Part shown: positions 57,020-64,000 of the stretch, in pieces | Numbering within the stretch: position 1 is the first letter of the stretch | Layout of the letters: every line of letters starts with the position of its first letter | Origin: a virus | Strand: one strand, 5' to 3' | DNA length: 64,000 nt | IMG/VR virus record: IMGVR_UViG_3300027769_000020 | Coordinates: 1-64,000 of that record | Position numbers and translations under genes: made by a program | Notes under the pieces: model-generated | Databases searched by the model: none | Told to the model about the DNA's origin: nothing | The model's input: the letters and a program-made list of their open reading frames with translations, nothing else

Positions 57020-57358
57020 ATGCCAAAAGATGCATGTTATAGTAAAGTAAAATCTTCTTATGCTGTGTTTCCATCAGCTAGAGCTTCACAGGCAATTGCA
57101 AAATGCCGTAAAGCTTCTGGTACTGTAAGAAAAACTGAAGAAGGTACTAAGCTAAAAAGATGGCAAGCAGAAAAATGGCAAGATACAAAATCTGGAAAAG
57201 CTTGTGGAGCCGGTGGTAAAAATGAATACTGCCGGCCTACTAAGAAAGTATCTAAGGATACACCAAAGACTAAGTATGAACTTACCCCTTCTAAACTAGC
57301 TGCTAAGAAAGCTGAGAAGTCTAAAGTAGGTATGGGTAACAGAGTTAAAAAAGCATAA
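57020..57358 (+). CDS. Basic Cys-containing phage protein (DUF5872-like)
   Basis: KDACY.KVK....FPSA.AS.AI.KCRK; LKRW..EKW; CRP. Confidence 0.6.
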   Translation: MPKDACYSKVKSSYAVFPSARASQAIAKCRKASGTVRKTEEGTKLKRWQAEKWQDTKSGKACGAGGKNEYCRPTKKVSKDTPKTKYELTPSKLAAKKAEKSKVGMGNRVKKA

Positions 57359-57360
57359 CT

Positions 57361-58014
57361 ATGGCAACTCTAAAAACAAAAAAAGTTAAAGTTACTGCAG
57401 GTAATGAAAAGCATGTAGTTTATAAAAAGACTACAAAAACTGGTGAAGGAAAAGTTGGTCATATAATGGTTAACCATCCTACTAAGGATAAAGGTCAGTG
57501 GGATACAATAGATCTTACTGCAAAAGGAAGAGCTAAAACAATTAAACAGGGAGTTGCTGCTACTAAAAAGTGGCATAAAGATAATCCTGATTATAAATAT
57601 AAAGGTAATACAATGGCAAAGACAAGAGCACAACAAGCAGCAACTGCAATAGCAATGAAGAAAGCTGGTAAGAAACCTAAGAGTTTACCTAAAGCTCAAA
57701 CTGGAGGTGGAGTTATTATAACACCTAAAGGGAAAATAGTACGTGGTACACCTGAGAAAAAAACTATGCCAGGTGGTCCAAGATATACTGTTCAAACTTT
57801 AGATACAGCAGGTTACTCAAAAGGTAAAAAAACTTTTGATCTTACCACTAAACCAAATATATCTATGGATCATGCAGGTCCTATTATTTTAAAGAAAGGT
57901 AAACCTGTAGTAAAAGTAACTAAAGTACCAAGAGCTAATGTTAATCAAACAATTAGTGACTTGAAAAAAGGTTCTACTAAAACAACTGATCTTAGACCTA
58001 AAAAGAAAAAATAA
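57361..58014 (+). CDS. Basic protein
   Basis: QQAA.AI.MKK.GK.PK; PKAQTGG. Confidence 0.7.
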   Translation: MATLKTKKVKVTAGNEKHVVYKKTTKTGEGKVGHIMVNHPTKDKGQWDTIDLTAKGRAKTIKQGVAATKKWHKDNPDYKYKGNTMAKTRAQQAATAIAMKKAGKKPKSLPKAQTGGGVIITPKGKIVRGTPEKKTMPGGPRYTVQTLDTAGYSKGKKTFDLTTKPNISMDHAGPIILKKGKPVVKVTKVPRANVNQTISDLKKGSTKTTDLRPKKKK

Positions 58015-58286
58015 TGGCAAAGACACCAGCTTGGACAAGATCTGAAGGTAAAAATAAAACTGGAGGATTAAATGCTAAAGGAGTAGCTTCTTATAGAAAA
58101 GCTAATCCTGGTTCTAAATTAAAGATGGCAGTTACAACTAAACCATCTAAACTTGATCCTGATAGCAAAGATGCTAAAAGGAGAAAGTCATTCTGTGCTA
58201 GAATGTCTGGAGTAAAAGGACCAATGAAAGATGAAAAAGGAAGACCTACTAGAAAGGCTCTTTCTTTAAAAAAGTGGAATTGTTAA
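58014..58286 (+). CDS. Basic phage protein (DUF6321-like)
   Basis: AWTRSEGKN..GGLNAKG...RRKSFCARM.G...SL.KWNC. Confidence 0.65.
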   Translation: MAKTPAWTRSEGKNKTGGLNAKGVASYRKANPGSKLKMAVTTKPSKLDPDSKDAKRRKSFCARMSGVKGPMKDEKGRPTRKALSLKKWNC

Positions 58287-58297
58287 ATTTATATATT

Positions 58298-58549
58298 ATG
58301 AAAAAGTTAGGATGTGCTAAATGTGGTGGCACAATGAAGAAAATGAAACTTGGTGGGTCTGCAGTTAAAAAAGCACCTGTTGAAATGTATGGTATTCCTC
58401 AAGAAAATATGGGTACTTCTGGTCAAATGGGATTTGGTAGAAAAGGTGGTACATTAAAAAAAGAACACCCTATTACTACATTCAGAAAAGCTGATGAAGC
58501 TAGAAAAGCAGTAGTAATGAAGTCATTGTCTAATTTTAAAAAGAAATAG
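58298..58549 (+). CDS. Basic protein
   Basis: MKKLGCAKCGG; MKLGG; RKGG. Confidence 0.65.
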   Translation: MKKLGCAKCGGTMKKMKLGGSAVKKAPVEMYGIPQENMGTSGQMGFGRKGGTLKKEHPITTFRKADEARKAVVMKSLSNFKKK

Positions 58550-58551
58550 TC

Positions 58552-58971
58552 ATGGCAAAAGTTACCAAAAATAAAACAGTTAAAAAGGTTTTACCTAAAG
58601 CACAACTAGGGACACTTGTAAAAACAATTGGTAAATTTGCTAAACCAATTATTAATGCAACAAAGTCAGCTATGGGGTACAGCAAACCTGCTGTTAAGAC
58701 TATTACTAAAAGTCCTAAAGTAGTTGTTAGATCTGTTAATAGAACAGTAAAACCAGTTGCTAAAAAAATTAATTCTGAAGTTGGTAAAAAAGTACTTATA
58801 GATAGGCATCATGCTAAATTAGTAAATGCTAGCAATAAAACTGATAAAAAAGCTTTTAAGATTGCTGCAGGAACAGCAGCTGCAGTTCCAATTGCAGGTA
58901 TTGTAAATGCTTCAATAAATAAAGCAAAAAAACAAAAAGTAGTAACTACTATTAAACCTAAAAAGAAATAG
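58552..58971 (+). CDS. Basic protein
   Basis: LPKAQLG; ends KPKKK. Confidence 0.7.
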   Translation: MAKVTKNKTVKKVLPKAQLGTLVKTIGKFAKPIINATKSAMGYSKPAVKTITKSPKVVVRSVNRTVKPVAKKINSEVGKKVLIDRHHAKLVNASNKTDKKAFKIAAGTAAAVPIAGIVNASINKAKKQKVVTTIKPKKK

Positions 58972-58973
58972 TC

Positions 58974-59354
58974 ATGGCATCAAGATCAGTTAAAACATCT
59001 TGCAAAAATACTAAAGTAAGATCAGCTTCAGGTACATGTGTACCTGAAAGACCTACCATGAAAGAAGGTGGTAGTAGTCCATTTGGTATTCTATCTATTA
59101 TAGCTGGTATAGATAATAATCCTGGTAAATCACAAGCAGATAGAATTGCTGGTGCAAAAATGAATAAAGCCCGTGCTAATAAAATGGCTAAAGGTGGTTC
59201 AGTACATCCAGGTTTTAAAGCTGTACAATCTAAGATTGCTGCTAAACAAGGAATTAGTAAAAAAGCTGCTGGAGCTATATTAGCATCATCAACTAGAAAA
59301 GCTAGTGCTAAAGCTAAAGCTGCTAACCCAAGACTTAAACGTGTAAAAGGATAA
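58974..59354 (+). CDS. Basic protein
   Basis: MKEGG, MAKGG; HPGFKAVQ..IA...AGAILA. Confidence 0.7.
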   Translation: MASRSVKTSCKNTKVRSASGTCVPERPTMKEGGSSPFGILSIIAGIDNNPGKSQADRIAGAKMNKARANKMAKGGSVHPGFKAVQSKIAAKQGISKKAAGAILASSTRKASAKAKAANPRLKRVKG

Positions 59355-59357
59355 CAC

Positions 59358-60056
59358 ATGCAAAATAGTGTATTAATAATAAAAGTAAAGCAAAGGCTAA
59401 ACAAATTAGATAGCCAAGACTATGACAACCTTGAATGTTGGCAAGTAGTTGAGGCATTTAATAAATCTCAAGTAGAGTGGGTCAGAAGACAGCTTCATGG
59501 TATTAATATTGTGAAAGAAGGTGATGAGCAATCAACTAGAAGAATAGATGATTTACAATTATTACTGGGCACTATTAATATACCATTTGTTAAATCTGAA
59601 ATATCATCTTATGCTGACTTACCAGATAATTACCTACAGTGGAAACGTGTAGATATTACTGCTAAGAAAGGATGTTGTGATGACAGAAGAATGTCTGTGT
59701 ATCTTGCTGAGGAGGGTAACTTAAATCAGTTATTATTTGACAATGCTAAGAAACCTAGTTTTGAATGGGCAGAAACATTTGCTACATTAAAAAGCAATAA
59801 GGTTAATGTGTATACAAATAATGATTTTGATATTACCTCTGGTGCATTAACATATTATAGACAACCGGTACGTATTGAAGTACAAGGGTGTGTTGACCCA
59901 TATACAGGAGTACAAACAACAACTAATGTAGAATGTGAATTTAAAGATGATATAGTTGAATTACTTATTGATGAAGCTGCAAGTGTGTTAGCTGGAGATA
60001 TAGAATCAGGTAATCAATTCTCTAGAGGAACAGAGACTGCAGAAAGAAACAATTAA
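59358..60056 (+). CDS. Head-tail adaptor/ring-like virion protein
   Basis: L.KLDS...N.....FN..Q; E.S.RRIDDL..L; LP.NY; YYR.P. Confidence 0.6.
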   Translation: MQNSVLIIKVKQRLNKLDSQDYDNLECWQVVEAFNKSQVEWVRRQLHGINIVKEGDEQSTRRIDDLQLLLGTINIPFVKSEISSYADLPDNYLQWKRVDITAKKGCCDDRRMSVYLAEEGNLNQLLFDNAKKPSFEWAETFATLKSNKVNVYTNNDFDITSGALTYYRQPVRIEVQGCVDPYTGVQTTTNVECEFKDDIVELLIDEAASVLAGDIESGNQFSRGTETAERNN

Positions 60057-60068
60057 TATTTATAAAAA

Positions 60069-60521
60069 ATGGAAAGACCAAAATTATTAAAAAGAGAAGC
60101 ATCAACATCTGCAGCATCTTACTCAGTTCCATCTGGGGGATCAGTAGATTCTATGGTAGCTGCATGTGTAAGTGAATTAATGAATGCTGCAACTAGCTTT
60201 CATAAATTGCACTTGAAAGTATCAGGTGCAGGATCATATGCTGCCCACAAAGCATTAAATGAATTATATGATGCCTTACCAGGACATGCAGATGACTTAG
60301 CAGAAGGATATCAAGGTGCAGCTGAAATATTATTACAATGTGCTGATGTATCTCCAAGAACATTAGCAACACCAGCAGATGCTTTAGCATACATCAGAGA
60401 CATTACTGCTATGGTATCTGGATTACAAGCTAAGATGCCTTACTCAGAGATAGTAAATTCTTTAGATACTGTTAAAGACACACTTAACTCAGCTAAATAC
60501 AAACTATTATTTTTAAAATAA
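60069..60521 (+). CDS. Dps/ferritin-like protein (DUF5856-like)
   Basis: H.LHL....SYAAHKAL.ELYD.L...D.LAE.YQG; KYKL.FL. Confidence 0.75.
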   Translation: MERPKLLKREASTSAASYSVPSGGSVDSMVAACVSELMNAATSFHKLHLKVSGAGSYAAHKALNELYDALPGHADDLAEGYQGAAEILLQCADVSPRTLATPADALAYIRDITAMVSGLQAKMPYSEIVNSLDTVKDTLNSAKYKLLFLK

Positions 60522-60584
60522 TTTTGCTAAAACAAATAGTTTTAGTATATTATATATATGTTTATAAATTAAAAAACAAAAATT

Positions 60585-61904
60585 ATGGCTTATTTTAATC
60601 ATGCCTTTCAAAAGGCTTTTGTTGGAACAGATGGTTTCACAGACCTTGGTCAAGGTCAATTAGGTACTCCAGGAAACATTTTAGCAACTGGTCAGTTTGC
60701 TTTTGTTGATCCAAAAACATGGGAAGTACAAAATACTAATTCAGCTCCTACAGGATGTTGCCCATTAATCTTGGCTTCAGGTTCTTTGTATGAGAAAGAT
60801 AAAGTTGGTTCACATGGTGGTTACTTAGAATCTAATAAATCTAAGATCATTAACCCTAAGTACATCAACAGATTTTACAGAGTTGATCCTAATATTGCTC
60901 AACAAAATGTTATCCACATTGGTGACACTCCATTTACAAATGGAACTGGTGCATGTGAGAGAGAATTCTTATGTGATGAGACTTACTCTTTACGTATTGA
61001 TGTTAAAGGTTCTCCAGCTTTGAGATTCTTAAATCACAATGCTTACTTAACTGTTGATGCTTACACAGGATGTTGTCCTGCAGGTTCAATTGCTCCAGTA
61101 GCAGTTGATGCAACTTTAGTTATGATCCAATGGGCTAATGCAATTGTTGGTTATACTGAACCAGGTTCAATTAGTTCACCTCCAGTTATTGTTGATGCAG
61201 CTAGAACAGTTATCTCTCCATTTGTATTTCCAGTAGTTACTGCTGAAGATAAATCTTTATGGTATAAACCAGGAACAGTTACTGCAGGTTTAGTTCCACC
61301 AGCTGGTTACACTATTGGTGGTACTTGGGATAACTATGTATCTCCAGGACATGTTGCTGGTGATTTTGCAGGTATTACTTTATTTGGTGCTTATGTTGGA
61401 ACAGACTTTAATGACTGTACATTCCAAACTTCAGATTTCTTTGAAAAAGAGCCAGTTAAATTGTATGCTTCTTTAGTTGATTACAATGGTGCTCCATGTG
61501 AATTTGAAGGATTATGTGTAGAGACTGAGTGTGAAGGTTTACAAGCAATGGGTCTTGGTGAGTCAGTTTTAAGAGATGTTATCTTATCTGAAAGATACAG
61601 ACAAAACTTCTTTGCTACTGATTTCCGTATCAGAGAGGTAACTCAAGGTAACCAACTTTTGAATGTTATTAACAGACAATCTTTATATACAAGATATTAC
61701 TTGCAACATTCAGTTCCACGTTTTAACAACCCAACAGGTACATTTGATAATGACCAATACTTGTTAGAAGTTATTACTGATGGTGCAGATACTGACTTTG
61801 AAGATTTTGTTAATGACTGGACTTCAAACTGTGGTCAATGTGTAGAATTAGAAGTAGTTGATGCAATCACTGCATGTTCTCCAGTAGTTCCAATTCCTGC
61901 ATAA
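60585..61904 (+). CDS. Abundant virion structural protein (auxiliary capsid-like)
   Basis: MCP-like codon bias; own promoter box and terminator. Confidence 0.6.
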   Translation: MAYFNHAFQKAFVGTDGFTDLGQGQLGTPGNILATGQFAFVDPKTWEVQNTNSAPTGCCPLILASGSLYEKDKVGSHGGYLESNKSKIINPKYINRFYRVDPNIAQQNVIHIGDTPFTNGTGACEREFLCDETYSLRIDVKGSPALRFLNHNAYLTVDAYTGCCPAGSIAPVAVDATLVMIQWANAIVGYTEPGSISSPPVIVDAARTVISPFVFPVVTAEDKSLWYKPGTVTAGLVPPAGYTIGGTWDNYVSPGHVAGDFAGITLFGAYVGTDFNDCTFQTSDFFEKEPVKLYASLVDYNGAPCEFEGLCVETECEGLQAMGLGESVLRDVILSERYRQNFFATDFRIREVTQGNQLLNVINRQSLYTRYYLQHSVPRFNNPTGTFDNDQYLLEVITDGADTDFEDFVNDWTSNCGQCVELEVVDAITACSPVVPIPA

Positions 61905-61925
61905 GCAGTAAAATTATATTACTAA

Positions 61926-61962
61926 CAAGGGAGGTGAATTAATTTTCCCTCCCTTTTTTTTT
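61926..61962 (+). terminator. Intrinsic terminator
   Basis: AAGGGAGG..CCTCCCTT then T-run. Confidence 0.75.
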
Positions 61963-61970
61963 AAATTATT

Positions 61971-62516
61971 ATGGCACATCATATATTAAGTTTAGAAGTA
62001 CCAACTGTATTAAATACTTGTATCATGTCAGTATTAGATACAAGTGTGTATTCAGAATTAATGCCTGTTTCCTGTCCTACATTAAATGTAACAGTTCCAG
62101 GATTTACTTACTCAACTCAAATCAATACTGTTCAAGGAGCAAATACAATATTGACTGCGTGTGATTTACAATTACAAACTCAAGGATGTGATGGTACTGT
62201 ACTAAGTGATTTACCTGATGGTATATATGCTATTAAATACAGTGTGTCTCCTAATGATATTGTATTTGTAGAGTATAATCATTTAAGAATCTCTAAAGCA
62301 TTAAATATTTACAATAGTATTTTATGTAAATTAGATCTTGCTGCATGTGAGCCTTCAGCTACTATCAAGAAGAAACTTGAAGTATTAAAGATGGCTAAGA
62401 TGTATTTAGATGCAGCTAAAGCAAAAGTTGAATTTTGTCATGAACCAAATCATGGTATGTCACTTTACAACTATGCATTAAAGATTATGAAAAAATTAGA
62501 TTGTAAAAATTGTTAA
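61971..62516 (+). CDS. Virion structural protein
   Basis: D.S.Y, L.VT.PG, LPDGIY.IKYSV.P. Confidence 0.6.
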   Translation: MAHHILSLEVPTVLNTCIMSVLDTSVYSELMPVSCPTLNVTVPGFTYSTQINTVQGANTILTACDLQLQTQGCDGTVLSDLPDGIYAIKYSVSPNDIVFVEYNHLRISKALNIYNSILCKLDLAACEPSATIKKKLEVLKMAKMYLDAAKAKVEFCHEPNHGMSLYNYALKIMKKLDCKNC

Positions 62517-62535
62517 ACCATTAAAAACCAACAAA

Positions 62536-62682
62536 ATGGCTAATTGTCCAAACTGCAAAACAAGATTGACATGTGGATGTCAAAAAAGAACTGCTTCTAA
62601 TAAAGCACAAGTATGCTCAAATTGTATTAGTAAATATGAAATGGGTCTTAAAAAAACACAAGTAAATAAAACTACTAAATAG
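62536..62682 (+). CDS. Small Cys-rich protein (48 aa)
   Basis: MANCPNC...LTCGCQ........CSNC. Confidence 0.65.
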   Translation: MANCPNCKTRLTCGCQKRTASNKAQVCSNCISKYEMGLKKTQVNKTTK

Positions 62683-62720
62683 AGTTTAATACTGGTAATA
62701 TAATTTTAAATTAAATCATT

Positions 62721-64000
62721 ATGGATTGTCTTTGTTTTACGGTTACTAATACAAACAGTACTGATCAAGAAATAGAAATTAGTAACTGTTGTACATTTAC
62801 TATAGAAACAATAGTAGTTCCTGCAGGTGAATCAATAACATTTTTTGGTGAACCTGGTTCACGTCCATCAGGAATAATAGTTACTGAAAATCCTCAATGG
62901 ACAACATGTGAAGATTGTTATACACATAATTATAAATTATATAACTGTATAAATAATCAAATAAAATATACTAATGATATAGAATGTCCAGATTGTTATA
63001 ATTATGTTGGTAATATAGCTTATACAAGTATTACACCAAATCATTGTTGGTTAATAACTGAAACAATTCATACATCTGGAACAATAATACCTGTTGAAAT
63101 ACTTCCTGAACTTAATTGTACAGTATGTTTACTTAAATGTTATACAATAACAGGTACTGGTAACATTACATATTTTAATGATTTTGAAGACGGATTAAAT
63201 ACAACTACAGCACCAGCAAGAATATGTTCAAGTATTTATCCTGAAGTTACGGGTAATGACTTTCAGATATTTGATAATGGACCATGTGAAATATTTGAAA
63301 AATATACAACGTGTGTTGAAATATGTTACATGCTTACTAATTGTGATACTGAAGAAGTTATATACTCAGTTGATCAAGATTTAGCATTTCCATATAACTT
63401 AGGACAAACAGTTAAGTTAGCTGAGTTTGATGGATGTTGGACAATTACTACAAGTGAGTTTTGTCAATCTCCAGTTAATACTACTGTGATTCAAGCATTT
63501 ACAAATTGTCAAACTTGTAGTCCACCTGTATACTATAAACTACAATCATGTAGTCTATCTGAACCATTAACTTTATTTACATCTCAAGATATTTCTGCTT
63601 ATGTTGGTAGAACAGTTACACTTGAAGAATATCCAGGATGTTTTATTGTTACAGTATTTGAAACTAGTTTTCCTTCACCTGTAATAATTACTATTACAAA
63701 TAGTTATGCTGATTGTCCTGAATGTGCTGCACAAAGATATAAGTTGATAGACTGTGATGGTATTAGAAATTCAATTTATACTACAACAGATTTGTCTGCA
63801 TATTTAACATCAGTTATAAAACTTACATTTTATCCTGATACATGTTGGACGGTAGAAGAAACACAAGTAAATACATCTGATGATTTGGTTATTATAGATA
63901 GCCAATATGCATCATGTGAAGTATGTACAACTAATACTGTTTGTTTCTGTAGTGCTATAACAAACAATAGTGAGACTACTCAAACATTCCAATTTAGAGA
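62721..64000 (+). CDS. Cys-rich repeat virion protein, 5' part (runs off window)
   Basis: Open from ATG 62721; repeats YKL..C...Y...D...Y.G..V.L.....CW...C..C. Confidence 0.75.
   Translation, partial: MDCLCFTVTNTNSTDQEIEISNCCTFTIETIVVPAGESITFFGEPGSRPSGIIVTENPQWTTCEDCYTHNYKLYNCINNQIKYTNDIECPDCYNYVGNIAYTSITPNHCWLITETIHTSGTIIPVEILPELNCTVCLLKCYTITGTGNITYFNDFEDGLNTTTAPARICSSIYPEVTGNDFQIFDNGPCEIFEKYTTCVEICYMLTNCDTEEVIYSVDQDLAFPYNLGQTVKLAEFDGCWTITTSEFCQSPVNTTVIQAFTNCQTCSPPVYYKLQSCSLSEPLTLFTSQDISAYVGRTVTLEEYPGCFIVTVFETSFPSPVIITITNSYADCPECAAQRYKLIDCDGIRNSIYTTTDLSAYLTSVIKLTFYPDTCWTVEETQVNTSDDLVIIDSQYASCEVCTTNTVCFCSAITNNSETTQTFQFR

Noticed and set aside
4865-60390. Antisense or out-of-frame ORFs in the track (e.g. 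4865, 4989, 6869, 13319, 16675, 18241, 25453, 30866, 30999, 31262, 32368, 34128, 35393, 44244, 44510, 47734, 49744, 51348, 51993, 53120, 54461, 55659, 57370, 58958, 60193)
   Set aside because: Overlap better-supported genes and have shadow-like composition
1-64000. tRNA or rRNA genes
   Set aside because: No cloverleaf with D/T-loop consensus found by eye; tRNAscan-SE or ARAGORN would confirm

Overview
AT-rich 64-kb piece of a lytic crAss-like (Crassvirales-type) phage, probably infecting a Bacteroidota/Flavobacteriia host. The assignment rests on crAss-type terminase-portal-MCP synteny, TAnnTTTG-type promoters and A-rich, SD-less translation starts; genes read normally in code 11. Two divergent arms meet at a GC-rich island at ~28.5 kb. 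The left arm (- strand) begins with 12 promoter-gene-terminator mini-cassettes that share a 13-bp motif. It continues with many small accessory genes and replication/repair genes (SF2 helicase, ClpS, UDG, DnaB, Sak4-like ATPase, SSB-like protein, primase, VWA and MoxR-type AAA ATPase). Two of these genes, the AAA ATPase and UDG, are split by group I introns that carry homing endonucleases in the P1 loop. The right arm (+ strand) holds a Tad1-like sponge, thymidylate synthase, GroES, fibre genes, lysis genes, HU/IHF, a PD-(D/E)xK nuclease, terminase, portal, scaffold-like protein, MCP, a block of very basic proteins and further virion genes. No DNA polymerase, RNA polymerase, tRNA or CRISPR array is visible. 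The best candidates for new biology are: (1) the early cassette array, with N4-like C-GNA-G template hairpins, two ORF-poor (RNA?) cassettes and an SSB-tail-mimic peptide; (2) four promoter/U-rich/terminator units resembling antisense sRNAs against translation starts; (3) a micro-gene array joined by a 20-bp stop/start repeat. All family calls come from motif recognition by eye; no searches were run.
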